Sequence record: MN850622.1
Reading direction: 5' to 3' (one strand)
From: Escherichia phage mobillu
DNA length: 64,000 nucleotides
A program made the translations under genes and the position numbers. Every line of letters starts with the position of its first letter. Positions within the stretch are counted from its first letter, which is position 1. The notes under the pieces are model-generated. The model did not search any database, was not told where the DNA came from, and saw nothing but the letters and a program-made list of their open reading frames with translations. This document shows, piece by piece, positions 25,519 through 36,357 of the stretch.

Positions 25519-27203
25519 AATCATTTAAATTAAATCGTGTTCGTTATCAAAACATCATGTCTGTAGGTGGGAATCCTATTGATATCCAATTAGATAAAGT
25601 CCAAAAGACCTTAATCACCGGTAAAAATGGCGGTGGTAAATCTACGATGTTAGAAGCCATTACTTTCGGACTTTTCGGTAAACCATTTCGTGATGTTAAG
25701 AAAGGACAAATCATTAATAGCACGAACAAGAAAGAGCTCTTAGTTGAGCTTTGGATGGAATTCGATGATAAAAAATACTTCATTAAACGTGGCCAAAAGC
25801 CCAATATTTTCGAAATCTCCGTTGACGGTGTTCGTCTCGATGAATCTGCCAGCAGTCGTGACTTCCAAGAAGAATTTGAACGTAGCATCGGAATGTCATA
25901 CGCGTCTTTTAAACAGATCGTTGTGCTTGGGACGGCAGGGTATACCCCTTTCATGGCTCTTAGCACCCCTGCTCGTAGAAAACTTGTCGAAGACCTTTTA
26001 GAAGTCGGCACACTCGCTGAAATGGATAAAATCAATAAGTCTCAAGTTCGAGAACTTAATTCCCAGGGACAAGTTCTCGATGCCAAGAAAGATGGTATTA
26101 TCCAACAAATTAAGATTTATAACGAGAATATCGAACGTCAAAAGAAATTATCTGGTGATAATGTAGCGCGTCTACAGAATATGTATGACGACCTAGCCAA
26201 AGAAGCTCGTTCATTAAAAGCAGAAATCGAAGAAGCTAATGAGCGACTACTTAATATCGTTCTTGATGAAGACCCTACTGAGGCATTCAACAAGATAGGA
26301 CAAGAAGCATTCTTGATTAAATCTAAAATCGACTCATATAACAAAGTTATTAAGATGTATCATGATGGCGGTACATGTCCTACTTGTGCATCACAGTTGC
26401 ACCAGGGTGATCCTATTGTCTCTAAGATTACCGATAAGCTTCATGAATGTAATCACTCATTCGAGCAACTTACATGTCACAGAGATAATCTGAGTGTCCT
26501 AGTGGACGAATATAGAGCTAATGTTAAGACTAAACAGGACCTTGCATCTGATATTCGTACCAAGAAACAAGCAATGATTGCCACTATTGATAAAGCTAAG
26601 AAAGTTAAAGCTGCAATAGAGCAAGCCTCAGCAGAATTTATCGACCATGCCGATGAGATAGCTTTGCTTCAAAAAGAACTTGATAAAATCATTAAAACAA
26701 AATCAGATATCGTTCTTGAAAAATACCATCGTGGTATTATCACAGATATGTTAAAAGATTCTGGTATTAAAGGTGCTATCATTAAAAAATATGTGCCTCT
26801 GTTCAACAAGCAGATTAACCATTATCTTAAAATCATGGAAGCTGATTACGTGTTTTCTATTGACGAAGAATTCAATGAATCTATAAAATCACGTGGTCGT
26901 GAAGATTTTAGTTATGCTTCATTTAGTCAAGGTGAAAAGGCACGTATCGATATCGCATTGTTGTTTACATGGCGAGATATTGCTGAAAAGGTCTCTGGTG
27001 TTAAAATCAACACTCTGATTCTTGATGAGGTTTTTGATGGTGCTGTTGATTCTGAGGCTGTTAAGGCTATAGATACCATTCTTGGAAGTTTACAAAATAC
27101 TAATGTGTTCATTATCTCTCATCGAGACCATGACCCTCAACGTTATGGACAACATCTTCAAATGAGCAAAGTTGGACGATTTACGGTAATGACTGTTTCA
27201 TAA
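25515..27203 (+). CDS. 46: recombination nuclease subunit gp46 (Rad50/SbcC-like ATPase)
   Basis: 562 aa; Walker A GKNGGGKST, central coiled coil with CPTC zinc hook, signature FSQGEKARI, Walker B LILDEVFD. Confidence 0.9.
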   Translation: MKSFKLNRVRYQNIMSVGGNPIDIQLDKVQKTLITGKNGGGKSTMLEAITFGLFGKPFRDVKKGQIINSTNKKELLVELWMEFDDKKYFIKRGQKPNIFEISVDGVRLDESASSRDFQEEFERSIGMSYASFKQIVVLGTAGYTPFMALSTPARRKLVEDLLEVGTLAEMDKINKSQVRELNSQGQVLDAKKDGIIQQIKIYNENIERQKKLSGDNVARLQNMYDDLAKEARSLKAEIEEANERLLNIVLDEDPTEAFNKIGQEAFLIKSKIDSYNKVIKMYHDGGTCPTCASQLHQGDPIVSKITDKLHECNHSFEQLTCHRDNLSVLVDEYRANVKTKQDLASDIRTKKQAMIATIDKAKKVKAAIEQASAEFIDHADEIALLQKELDKIIKTKSDIVLEKYHRGIITDMLKDSGIKGAIIKKYVPLFNKQINHYLKIMEADYVFSIDEEFNESIKSRGREDFSYASFSQGEKARIDIALLFTWRDIAEKVSGVKINTLILDEVFDGAVDSEAVKAIDTILGSLQNTNVFIISHRDHDPQRYGQHLQMSKVGRFTVMTVS

Positions 27204-27257
27204 ACGCTTTAACACGATGTGGTTATAATGACCACATCAAATTAAATGGAGAACAAC

Positions 27258-27446
27258 ATGGAGTATTCAACTGGCCAACATCTTCTCGTTGTCCCTGAAA
27301 TTAAAAAATATGTTTTGACCAATACGTTTTCAGGTGAAGAACATATTGTTACTGAACAAATGCTCAAATCTGCTTTTAAAGATGAGTATAATAAAATAAT
27401 GTCTAATCGCAATTCCGCATGGACAGTTACCGACTTCTACGAATAA
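27258..27446 (+). CDS. hypothetical small protein (45.2 position)
   Basis: ORF 27246..27446, start placed at ATG 27258 after GGAGAA. Confidence 0.5.
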   Translation: MEYSTGQHLLVVPEIKKYVLTNTFSGEEHIVTEQMLKSAFKDEYNKIMSNRNSAWTVTDFYE

Positions 27447-27458
27447 GAGAGAAATAAT

Positions 27459-27875
27459 ATGTTTACTACTGCTAAAGGTTTTACCGCTGCTGATCTGAAA
27501 GTTACTTCTATCCGTACTGACGCTAACCCGCATAACCATAATCGTGTTCGTAAAGCATGGGTCCTGCATTGTGATGACGCAAGTGCTAAAAAACTCCAAT
27601 CTTTGCCACAAGAAACTCGTTTTATGATTTATGGTTTTATTGATAACGATGTATCTGATATGTGGATTCATCTGATGCGTAAGCACTATAAAGATTCTAT
27701 CGAAGCAGGTGCTAAAATCGTTCTTGATAAAGACGGTTCTGAACGCCTTGAAGATTTTTACTGTGTTGATGCCGACGAACAACTAATTGCAGCTGGCGAA
27801 ATTGTTGCTTCTAAAATTCCAGAATATATTGAATCACTGCCTGAAGCTATTAAAAAGCAGATGGTTGCTGCATAA
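27459..27875 (+). CDS. rpbA: RNA polymerase-binding protein RpbA (by position and size)
   Basis: 138 aa ORF between gene 46 and gene 45; assignment by synteny. Confidence 0.6.
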   Translation: MFTTAKGFTAADLKVTSIRTDANPHNHNRVRKAWVLHCDDASAKKLQSLPQETRFMIYGFIDNDVSDMWIHLMRKHYKDSIEAGAKIVLDKDGSERLEDFYCVDADEQLIAAGEIVASKIPEYIESLPEAIKKQMVAA

Positions 27876-27917
27876 TAAATTTGTTATAAACTTTGAATTG
27901 TCTTGAAAGGAAATAAA

Positions 27918-28604
27918 ATGAAACTGTCTAAAGATACTATCGCTATTCTGAAAAACTTTGCCTCTATTAACTCTGGCATTCTGCTGAGTCAAGGTAAATT
28001 TATTATGACTCGTGCAGTTAATGGCACCACTTATGCGGAAGCAAATATCTCTGATGAAATTGATTTTGACGTAGCACTTTATGATTTGAATAGCTTCTTA
28101 AGCATTTTGAGTCTAGTGTCTGATGATGCCGAAATTTCAATGCATACTGATGGCAATATTAAAATTGCAGATACACGTTCCACAGTTTATTGGCCTGCTG
28201 CCGACAAGAGCACCATTGTTTTTCCTAATAAGCCAATTCAATTCCCAGTGGCTTCTGTGATTACTGAAATTAAAGCTGAAGACCTTCAACAATTGCTTCG
28301 AGTTTCACGTGGTCTTCAGATTGATACAATTGCTATTACAAATAAAGACGGTAAAATTGTTATCAATGGCTATAATAAAGTTGAAGATTCAGGACTAACT
28401 CGTCCTAAGTATTCTTTGACTCTTACTGATTATGACGGTTCTAATAACTTTAACTTCGTAATCAATATGGCTAATATGAAAATCCAGCCAGGTAACTATA
28501 AAGTAATGTTGTGGGGAGCTGGTGATAAAGTTGCAGCCAAGTTTGAAAGCTCTCAAGTAAGTTATGTTATTGCGATGGAAGCCGATTCTACCCACGACTT
28601 CTAA
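27918..28604 (+). CDS. 45: sliding clamp gp45
   Basis: 228 aa from ATG 27918; MKLSKDT.A.LKNFA.INSGI...AEDLQQLLRVSRGLQIDTIAIT...EADSTHDF matches T4 gp45 as I recall it. Confidence 0.9.
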   Translation: MKLSKDTIAILKNFASINSGILLSQGKFIMTRAVNGTTYAEANISDEIDFDVALYDLNSFLSILSLVSDDAEISMHTDGNIKIADTRSTVYWPAADKSTIVFPNKPIQFPVASVITEIKAEDLQQLLRVSRGLQIDTIAITNKDGKIVINGYNKVEDSGLTRPKYSLTLTDYDGSNNFNFVINMANMKIQPGNYKVMLWGAGDKVAAKFESSQVSYVIAMEADSTHDF

Positions 28605-28679
28605 GTCAAAGCTTTACGTTTATTGTGATACGATTATGGAGGAGAAATCCTCCAGTTTAATGATAATGAGGAAAATTAC

Positions 28680-29642
28680 ATGATTACTATCAATTCCAAA
28701 GAACACATTCTAGAACAGAAATATCGTCCTTCTTCCATTGACGAATGTATTCTGCCTGCGTATGACCATGAAACATTCAAGTCTTTAGTATCTAAAGGAA
28801 AACTTCCTCATATTATTTTACACTCTCCATCTCCTGGTACCGGTAAAACAACCGTAGCAAAAGCATTATGTAATGATATCAATGCCGAAATGATGTTCGT
28901 CAACGGTTCTGATTGTAAGATTGATTTTGTGCGTGGTCCATTAACTGCATTCGCTCGTTCAGTCTCAATGGAAGGCAAGCCTAAAGTTATTGTTATTGAT
29001 GAATTTGACCGTAGTGGCCTCGCTGAATCACAACGTCACCTTCGTACATTCATGGAAGAATTCTCTAGTAACTGTTCTATTATTATTACTGCCAACAACA
29101 TCGATGGAATTATCGAACCGTTACGTAGTCGTTGTCGAGTTATCGAATTCGGACGTCCAACCGAAGAAGATAAAATCTCAATGATGAAGAAAATGATTCA
29201 TCGCATGGTTGAAATCTGTAAGAACGAAAATATCGAAATCGCTGATATGAAAGTTGTTGCAGCTCTGGTTAAAAAGAACTTCCCGGACTTTCGACGTACA
29301 ATTGGTCAATTAGACCAGTACTCATCTAAAGGTGTTCTTGATGCAGGTATTTTGTCGATTGTAACCAATGATCGTGGCACGGTAGATGATGTCATAGAAG
29401 CAATGAAAAATAAAGATATCAAACAGCTTCGTGCGTTAGCTCCAAAATATGCCGCTGATTATTCATGGTTCATCGATAAATTAGTTTCTGAGTGTTATGA
29501 CAAAGTTGCACCAGGTAAAAGTATTATTTCGCTTTATGAAATTGCAGGCGAAAATAATAAGTTTCATGGATTAGCAAGTAATATTGAATTACATGTTATG
29601 TATATGCTTCTTCAACTGACCTGCGAACTGACTTGGAAATAA
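28680..29642 (+). CDS. 44: clamp loader large subunit gp44 (AAA+)
   Basis: 320 aa; Walker [11 protein letters not shown], Walker [12 protein letters not shown] motif LRSRC. Confidence 0.9.
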   Translation: MITINSKEHILEQKYRPSSIDECILPAYDHETFKSLVSKGKLPHIILHSPSPGTGKTTVAKALCNDINAEMMFVNGSDCKIDFVRGPLTAFARSVSMEGKPKVIVIDEFDRSGLAESQRHLRTFMEEFSSNCSIIITANNIDGIIEPLRSRCRVIEFGRPTEEDKISMMKKMIHRMVEICKNENIEIADMKVVAALVKKNFPDFRRTIGQLDQYSSKGVLDAGILSIVTNDRGTVDDVIEAMKNKDIKQLRALAPKYAADYSWFIDKLVSECYDKVAPGKSIISLYEIAGENNKFHGLASNIELHVMYMLLQLTCELTWK

Positions 29643-29643
29643 T

Positions 29644-30207
29644 ATGAACTTATTTGATGATGCCGTCCAACTTAACGAGCACCAAATTGCATGGAAGTCT
29701 AACGACGCTGATGCGATTCAAAAATGTGCTGACATGTTTAAAGAAAAACCTGAGAATGAATTCTTTAAAATCATTAATGCTATTAATGAAAAGAAATCTA
29801 TGTCAATTGCTCAGGTCGACTACTCAAAATTTATGGTTGAGAACTCATTATCCCAGTTCCCAGAATGTATGCCAGCTGTTTACATGATGAACTTAGTCGG
29901 TTCTGAATTAAGTGATGAAGCGCACTTCAACTATATGATGGCAGCAATTCCGCGTGGTCGTCGATTCTCTAAATGGGCTAAACTAGTCGAAGACACTTCA
30001 GAGTTACTAGTTATCAAACTGTTGATGAAACGTTACACAATCAACATGAATGATGCTACCGAGTATAAGCGGCTCCTTGAAAAAAATAACAAGTTGCCAA
30101 TAGTCCTTAAAGAACTGAAGGCCATGGTCACTGATGAGTTTCTCAAAGAAGTTACAAAAAATGTGAAAGAACAAAAACAATTTAAAAAATTAGCATTGGA
30201 ATGGTAA
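29644..30207 (+). CDS. 62: clamp loader small subunit gp62
   Basis: 187 aa, immediately downstream of gene 44; synteny and size. Confidence 0.8.
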   Translation: MNLFDDAVQLNEHQIAWKSNDADAIQKCADMFKEKPENEFFKIINAINEKKSMSIAQVDYSKFMVENSLSQFPECMPAVYMMNLVGSELSDEAHFNYMMAAIPRGRRFSKWAKLVEDTSELLVIKLLMKRYTINMNDATEYKRLLEKNNKLPIVLKELKAMVTDEFLKEVTKNVKEQKQFKKLALEW

Positions 30208-30209
30208 AA

Positions 30210-30578
30210 ATGATTGAAATTAAATTGAAGAACCCTGAAGATTTTCTGAAAGTCAAAGAGACTTTGACCCGTATGGGCATCGCTAATAACAAGGATAAAG
30301 TTCTTTATCAGTCCTGTCATATCCTCCAAAAGCAAGGTAAATACTACATCGTCCACTTTAAAGAAATGTTGCGTATGGATGGACGTCAGGTTGATATTGA
30401 TGGTGAAGACTATCAGCGACGTGATTCGATTGCTCAGTTGCTTGAAGACTGGGGATTGATTGTTATTGAAGACTCTGCTCGTGAAGATCTGTTTGGCCTT
30501 ACTAATAACTTCCGTGTTATCTCTTTTAAACAGAAAGATGACTGGACTTTGAAAGCAAAATATACAATTGGTAATTAA
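30210..30578 (+). CDS. regA: translational repressor RegA
   Basis: 122 aa from ATG 30210; MIEIKLKNPEDFLKVKETLTRMGIANNKDKVLYQSCHILQK.G.YYIVHFKEMLRMDGRQV...NNFRVISFKQK matches T4 RegA as I recall it. Confidence 0.9.
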   Translation: MIEIKLKNPEDFLKVKETLTRMGIANNKDKVLYQSCHILQKQGKYYIVHFKEMLRMDGRQVDIDGEDYQRRDSIAQLLEDWGLIVIEDSAREDLFGLTNNFRVISFKQKDDWTLKAKYTIGN

Positions 30579-30582
30579 AGCA

Positions 30583-30612
30583 ATGGGACTTCGGTCCCAT
30601 TTGGAGTATAAT
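30583..30612 (+). promoter_or_regulatory. hairpin plus -10 element upstream of gene 43
   Basis: ATGGGAC-TTCG-GTCCCAT hairpin 30583-30600 followed by TATAAT 30607-30612. Confidence 0.4.
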
Positions 30613-30659
30613 AAGTTCATCAACAAACAAAAGACAATAACTCGTCTAAAGGAAATTAA

Positions 30660-33371
30660 ATGAAAGAATTTTACTTAACGGTTGAACAGATTGGTGATTC
30701 AATTTTTGAACGTTACATCGATTCTAATGGCCGTGAACGTACTCGCGAAGTAGAATATAAACCATCACTGTTTGCTCATTGTCCAGAAAGTCAGGCTACG
30801 AAATATTTCGATATCTACGGTAAGCCGTGTACTCGTAAATTGTTCGCTAATATGCGTGATGCCTCCCAATGGATTAAACGCATGGAAGATATCGGACTTG
30901 AAGCACTTGGCATGGACGATTTCAAATTGGCGTATTTGTCTGACACTTATAACTATGAAATCAAATACGACCATACAAAAATTCGTGTGGCTAACTTCGA
31001 CATCGAAGTAACATCTCCGGACGGGTTCCCTGAGCCGTCACAAGCAAAACATCCGATTGATGCTATCACCCATTATGACTCAATTGACGACAGGTTCTAC
31101 GTATTTGATCTATTGAATTCTCCATATGGTAATGTGGAAGAATGGTCTATCGAAATTGCGGCTAAGCTTCAAGAACAAGGCGGTGATGAAGTTCCATCCG
31201 AAATTATCGATAAAATCATTTATATGCCGTTTGATAATGAAAAAGAATTATTGATGGAATATCTCAACTTCTGGCAACAGAAAACTCCTGTCATTTTGAC
31301 TGGATGGAACGTTGAGTCATTTGATATTCCATATGTGTATAACCGAATCAAGAATATTTTTGGCGAATCTACTGCGAAACGTTTATCGCCACATCGTAAA
31401 ACTCGTGTTAAAGTTATCGAAAACATGTATGGTTCTCGTGAAATCATTACATTGTTCGGTATCTCTGTTCTTGATTACATTGACCTTTACAAAAAATTCT
31501 CTTTTACCAATCAACCGTCGTATTCTCTGGATTACATTTCAGAATTTGAATTGAACGTTGGTAAACTGAAATATGACGGCCCTATTTCTAAGCTTCGTGA
31601 AAGCAATCACCAACGATATATTTCTTATAACATTATCGACGTGTATCGTGTATTGCAAATTGATTCTAAGCGTCAGTTCATCAACTTGAGCTTGGACATG
31701 GGTTATTATGCTAAAATTCAGATTCAATCTGTGTTTAGCCCAATTAAAACATGGGATGCTATTATTTTTAATAGCCTTAAAGAGCAGAACAAGGTGATTC
31801 CACAAGGTCGTTCTCACCCGGTTCAACCTTATCCTGGCGCTTTTGTTAAGGAACCTATTCCAAATCGATACAAATATGTAATGAGTTTCGACCTTACATC
31901 TCTGTATCCAAGTATTATTCGCCAAGTGAATATTAGCCCTGAAACAATAGCAGGAACGTTTAAAGTAGCTCCACTGCATGATTATATTAACGCAATCGCT
32001 GAACGTCCTTCAGATGTGTACAGTTGTTCTCCTAACGGCATGATGTATTATAAAGACCGTGATGGTGTAGTTCCAACTGAAATCACTAAGGTCTTTAATC
32101 AACGTAAAGAACATAAAGGTTATATGCTTGCAGCTCAACGTAATGGTGAAATAATTAAAGAGGCATTGCATAATCCTAATCTTTCTGTTGACGAACCATT
32201 AGATGTTGATTATCGTTTTGACTTCACTGACGAGATTAAAGAAAAGATTAAAAAGTTGTCTGCTAAATCTCTTAATGAAATGTTGTTTAGAGCTCAACGT
32301 ACTGAAGTTGCAGGTATGACTGCACAAATTAACCGTAAATTGCTTATCAACTCACTTTATGGTGCACTTGGCAACGTTTGGTTCCGTTATTATGATTTGC
32401 GTAATGCTACTGCAATCACAACATTCGGGCAAATGGCTTTACAGTGGATTGAACGTAAAGTTAATGAATATCTGAATGAAGTTTGTGGTACAGAAGGTGA
32501 AGCTTTCGTTCTTTATGGTGATACAGACTCTATTTACGTATCTGCTGATAAAATTATCGATAAGGTTGGTGAATCTAAATTCCGCGATACTAACCATTGG
32601 GTAGACTTCTTAGATAAGTTTGCACGTGAACGTATGGAACCAGCTATTGATAGAGGTTTCCGTGAAATGTGTGAATACATGAACAATAAACAACACTTAA
32701 TGTTCATGGACCGAGAAGCTATCGCTGGTCCTCCGCTCGGTTCTAAAGGTATTGGTGGATTCTGGACTGGCAAGAAACGTTATGCATTAAACGTGTGGGA
32801 TATGGAAGGCACTCGTTACGCCGAGCCTAAACTCAAAATCATGGGTCTAGAGACTCAGAAATCTTCGACCCCTAAAGCAGTACAGAAAGCTCTTAAAGAA
32901 TGTATTCGTCGTATGCTTCAAGAAGGTGAAGAATCATTACAAGAATATTTTAAAGAGTTTGAAAAAGAATTCCGTCAATTGAATTATATTAGCATCGCGT
33001 CGGTATCTTCTGCGAATAACATTGCTAAATATGACGTAGGTGGATTCCCGGGTCCTAAATGCCCGTTCCATATTCGTGGAATTCTGACGTATAACCGAGC
33101 TATCAAAGGTAATATTGATGCACCACAAGTTGTAGAAGGTGAAAAAGTATATGTTCTGCCTTTACGTGAAGGAAACCCATTCGGTGATAAATGTATCGCA
33201 TGGCCTTCTGGTACTGAAATCACAGATTTAATTAAAGACGATGTACTTCATTGGATGGACTACACTGTTCTCCTTGAGAAGACATTTATTAAACCGCTTG
33301 AAGGATTCACATCAGCAGCTAAACTCGATTACGAGAAGAAAGCATCTCTGTTCGATATGTTTGATTTTTGA
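30660..33371 (+). CDS. 43: DNA polymerase (family B) gp43
   Basis: 903 aa; exonuclease motif FDIEV, polymerase motifs DxxSLYPS, KxxxNSLYG, YGDTDS; N-terminus matches the RB69-type polymerase as I recall it. Confidence 0.97.
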   Translation: MKEFYLTVEQIGDSIFERYIDSNGRERTREVEYKPSLFAHCPESQATKYFDIYGKPCTRKLFANMRDASQWIKRMEDIGLEALGMDDFKLAYLSDTYNYEIKYDHTKIRVANFDIEVTSPDGFPEPSQAKHPIDAITHYDSIDDRFYVFDLLNSPYGNVEEWSIEIAAKLQEQGGDEVPSEIIDKIIYMPFDNEKELLMEYLNFWQQKTPVILTGWNVESFDIPYVYNRIKNIFGESTAKRLSPHRKTRVKVIENMYGSREIITLFGISVLDYIDLYKKFSFTNQPSYSLDYISEFELNVGKLKYDGPISKLRESNHQRYISYNIIDVYRVLQIDSKRQFINLSLDMGYYAKIQIQSVFSPIKTWDAIIFNSLKEQNKVIPQGRSHPVQPYPGAFVKEPIPNRYKYVMSFDLTSLYPSIIRQVNISPETIAGTFKVAPLHDYINAIAERPSDVYSCSPNGMMYYKDRDGVVPTEITKVFNQRKEHKGYMLAAQRNGEIIKEALHNPNLSVDEPLDVDYRFDFTDEIKEKIKKLSAKSLNEMLFRAQRTEVAGMTAQINRKLLINSLYGALGNVWFRYYDLRNATAITTFGQMALQWIERKVNEYLNEVCGTEGEAFVLYGDTDSIYVSADKIIDKVGESKFRDTNHWVDFLDKFARERMEPAIDRGFREMCEYMNNKQHLMFMDREAIAGPPLGSKGIGGFWTGKKRYALNVWDMEGTRYAEPKLKIMGLETQKSSTPKAVQKALKECIRRMLQEGEESLQEYFKEFEKEFRQLNYISIASVSSANNIAKYDVGGFPGPKCPFHIRGILTYNRAIKGNIDAPQVVEGEKVYVLPLREGNPFGDKCIAWPSGTEITDLIKDDVLHWMDYTVLLEKTFIKPLEGFTSAAKLDYEKKASLFDMFDF

Positions 33372-33411
33372 TATAATGCCAAGGACGGCCAACTAATTAA
33401 ATGAGAGAAAT

Positions 33412-34047
33412 ATGAAAACTACACCAATCACTATCGCTATTGACGCAATCGTAAAACAAGCTTCATCTCTTGCCACTATGGCTAAAGTAATTAGTCAAAA
33501 CCCTGCTCGGTATAATGCTATTCTTGAAACTCTTCGTCGCCCTGGACTGAGTAATTATGAAAGTCGTGTAATTATTACAGGTGTTGGTAAGAACGCTAAT
33601 ATCGCAACTAAAGCTTCCGAGACTTTTGCTTCACTAGGTATTCCTAGCATGTATTTGAACACTGGGCATTATTCTCATGGTGACGCAGGATTTATTGCAC
33701 CTAATGATGTATTAGTTCACATCAGCCGTTCTGGTAAGACTGAAGAAATGATAGGTGTTGCTAAACATCTTCGTATGATTCGTCCTCAGGTTAAACAGAT
33801 TCTGTTACATTGTAACCCTGACATTCCACAAGAATACGAAGCCCTTTTTGATTACTCTTTCTGTACAGGCATCGCGGTAGAGGTTGATGAGAATTCTCTG
33901 GCTCCGACCATGTCCACTACATTGTTGTTAGCGCTTATCGATACGTTTGCTATCAACCTTTCGTCTGAACGTGGATTTACCTCTAATGATTTCCTTAAGT
34001 TCCATCCAGGCGGTGCACTAGGTGCCATGTTACGAGGCGAACAATGA
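33412..34047 (+). CDS. SIS-domain sugar-phosphate isomerase (GmhA/KdsD-like)
   Basis: 211 aa; SIS signature VIITGVGKNANIA...HISRSGKTEE; single-domain size similar to phosphoheptose isomerase. Confidence 0.75.
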   Translation: MKTTPITIAIDAIVKQASSLATMAKVISQNPARYNAILETLRRPGLSNYESRVIITGVGKNANIATKASETFASLGIPSMYLNTGHYSHGDAGFIAPNDVLVHISRSGKTEEMIGVAKHLRMIRPQVKQILLHCNPDIPQEYEALFDYSFCTGIAVEVDENSLAPTMSTTLLLALIDTFAINLSSERGFTSNDFLKFHPGGALGAMLRGEQ

Positions 34048-34187
34048 AAGCAATAACAATAGGACTTTTACTATTGATGCTTGTCATGACTATCTACTGG
34101 AGCTTAACGGCTCCGGTAATGATTCCAACACTTGTAATTGGATGGATTATGATTGGTCTACAGGCAAAGTATGAATGCTTTAACTAG
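34044..34187 (+). CDS. hypothetical small membrane protein (47 aa)
   Basis: ATGA coupling with SIS gene stop; two hydrophobic segments; below ORF-track cutoff. Confidence 0.4.
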   Translation: MKAITIGLLLLMLVMTIYWSLTAPVMIPTLVIGWIMIGLQAKYECFN

Positions 34188-34228
34188 AATAGTGTACAAT
34201 ACTCCTACTTACCAATGAGGACTTCAAC

Positions 34229-35914
34229 ATGAAAAAAGCTGTTATTCTTGGTGCTGGATTGGCAACTCGTTTGTATCCAATAACGCATCATATTCCTAAG
34301 GTGCTTGTTAACTATAAACAAGACACTATTCTGAGCAATTTGTATACAATTTATTCTGACCTTGGCGCAGATGAAATTATTGTAGTAGTTCATTCAAAAT
34401 TTGCTGAAACTGTTCGAGCTTATTGTGAGCAAGAAGGGTTCAATGTGACTATTCGTACAGTTGATGAAGCGTATGGTTCTGCTTATGCTCTTGCTAAATT
34501 ACACAAAGATTTAGACGGCCATAATGTAATTGTTAACTGGTGTGATATTATTCCCGATTTTGGTTCATGGTCTTGGAATGTTAACGCAATCTATGTTAAG
34601 GGTGACGAATGTCGATATAATTTCGACGGTGAAAATATCACTAACGTAGGTTCAACAGGTGGTAATGTTGTAGGAATTTATCAGTTCAAAGACTGGGAAT
34701 TCTATATGGGTTCTACTGATGAGGAAATTCATGAATACTGCAAAGGACGTGATTTCGTAGAATTCCTTTACGGCAGCGCATTCAATAAATCAGAGCTTAT
34801 GAATATAATTGATTTAGGTGATATGCCTAAACTTGAAAAGGCTCATGAAGTTCGTGAACTTAATCGTAGTTTTAATGCAGTTGAAATTGGTGAAGAAACT
34901 GTAACTAAATTCGCATTAACCGAACAGGGACGAGCTCTTCAGAAAGATGAGATTTCGTGGTATTTGAAAGTGAAATCAGATTCAGTTCCTCAGTTAGTTT
35001 CTGTTAATGAAAATAACTTTGAAATGGAACGCATTAAAGGTAAGCCGGCATTTGAATATATTAAATCAAAATCAAGTCTTGCTCGTCCACAAATTATTGA
35101 TGCAATTTTAGATGCACTGAAATTCAGCACAGACACTTATTTTGTAAGTCCTGAAACTGTTCGTCGTGATTTCACTAAAGAATTCTATACGAAAGTTATT
35201 GATCGTTGTGAAAGCATTCAACCATTGATTGATTCATTTGGTAAAATCACACATGTGAACTACACTAAGATTGGACGTCTGAAGCCAATGCTGAAACAAG
35301 CTTTAGAACACCTTATTCGTTATCATAACCGTTCTCAGGGACAGTACTCTGTTATTCATGGTGACCCGAACTTCAGTAATACTATGATTACTGATAACGG
35401 CGAAGTCAAGTTTATCGACCCTCGTGGATATTTTGGCGAAACCAAGATTTACGGGCCAAAATTGTATGATGAAGCTAAAGTGCTTTATGCTGTTTCAGGT
35501 TATGATGAATTCAATGCTAATCCGACCTGGGGACAGTTTACTATTGATGAAACAACTTGTAATGTGACTATTAACATCAATCCATTAGTTTACAAATATG
35601 GAAAGATGAGTTCGTTTAACGAGTATCATCATTTGGCTGTAGCAATTATCTGGATTGCATTAGGTGGTTATTTCAAGAATAATCCACTTAAAGCGGTAGC
35701 CGCATATTATAAAGGTATGGAACTTCTGACTAAGCAATTACGTAACATGGGCCGTGTACTTCAAGACGGCTCTATTAGTTATGACGTAGCAGAACCTGTA
35801 ACGGCTACTCTGATTACAAAAAATCCTGGTAAATGGGTACTAACTGATAAAGAAACTGGTGTTTCCTATCGTCCAATCGGTGGCGATATCACTCATCAAT
35901 GGGAACGAATCTAA
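34229..35914 (+). CDS. bifunctional sugar-1-phosphate nucleotidyltransferase / sugar kinase (APH-choline kinase fold)
   Basis: 561 aa; N-terminal NTP-transferase signature AVILGAGLATRLYPIT..PK; C-terminal kinase motifs VIHGDPNFSNTMI and FIDPRGYFGE. Confidence 0.75.
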   Translation: MKKAVILGAGLATRLYPITHHIPKVLVNYKQDTILSNLYTIYSDLGADEIIVVVHSKFAETVRAYCEQEGFNVTIRTVDEAYGSAYALAKLHKDLDGHNVIVNWCDIIPDFGSWSWNVNAIYVKGDECRYNFDGENITNVGSTGGNVVGIYQFKDWEFYMGSTDEEIHEYCKGRDFVEFLYGSAFNKSELMNIIDLGDMPKLEKAHEVRELNRSFNAVEIGEETVTKFALTEQGRALQKDEISWYLKVKSDSVPQLVSVNENNFEMERIKGKPAFEYIKSKSSLARPQIIDAILDALKFSTDTYFVSPETVRRDFTKEFYTKVIDRCESIQPLIDSFGKITHVNYTKIGRLKPMLKQALEHLIRYHNRSQGQYSVIHGDPNFSNTMITDNGEVKFIDPRGYFGETKIYGPKLYDEAKVLYAVSGYDEFNANPTWGQFTIDETTCNVTININPLVYKYGKMSSFNEYHHLAVAIIWIALGGYFKNNPLKAVAAYYKGMELLTKQLRNMGRVLQDGSISYDVAEPVTATLITKNPGKWVLTDKETGVSYRPIGGDITHQWERI

Positions 35915-36300
35915 TGCACCGTGTAGAAAACATGCTTAATCTTTGTTTTGATGTCGATGATTGTATAACAGAGTGGAATAACAATCGTGATTACGTGAAC
36001 TTCAAACCAGACGTCGAAATGGTGTCTGCCATTAATGCCCTGTATGATGCAGGGCATACCATAACGCTTTACACTGCTCGCGGTATGAAGTCAGTAGGTC
36101 CTGGTCGTATAGCAATTGACATTCTCCCAAGTCTGATTCAGAACTTGGCAAACATTGGCTTGAAGTACCATAATTTGCTAACACATAAACCAGTATATGA
36201 TTGGATTATCGACGACAAAGCTATGCGTCCTGACGAATTCAAAGCTCTTATGAATAAAGGCGAATTCGAAACATTTAAATCATATAAACCAAATCTATAA
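35914..36300 (+). CDS. HAD-superfamily phosphatase
   Basis: 128 aa from ATG 35914 (TAATG coupling); HAD motif I FDVDDCIT near N-terminus; C-terminal WIIDDKA. Confidence 0.65.
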   Translation: MHRVENMLNLCFDVDDCITEWNNNRDYVNFKPDVEMVSAINALYDAGHTITLYTARGMKSVGPGRIAIDILPSLIQNLANIGLKYHNLLTHKPVYDWIIDDKAMRPDEFKALMNKGEFETFKSYKPNL

Positions 36301-36357
36301 TAATTTAAGTAAGACCTGCAAAAACCATCGCATCAATTAACGTGAGATGCAAAAAAA

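Noticed and set aside
25547-26035. 162-aa minus-strand ORF and nested + strand ORF 25744-26001
   Set aside because: Both lie inside gp46 (Rad50-like), whose frame is supported by Walker A, signature and Walker B motifs.
27330-27782. 150-aa minus-strand ORF
   Set aside because: Antisense to rpbA and the 45.2-like ORF; no RBS; likely spurious.
30033-30626. 197-aa minus-strand ORF
   Set aside because: Lies entirely antisense to gp62/regA, which are confidently identified; frame shadow in AT-rich DNA, no RBS.
31220-32773. Several 75-146 aa ORFs on both strands inside gene 43
   Set aside because: Inside the DNA polymerase coding frame, which is supported over its full length by family B motifs.
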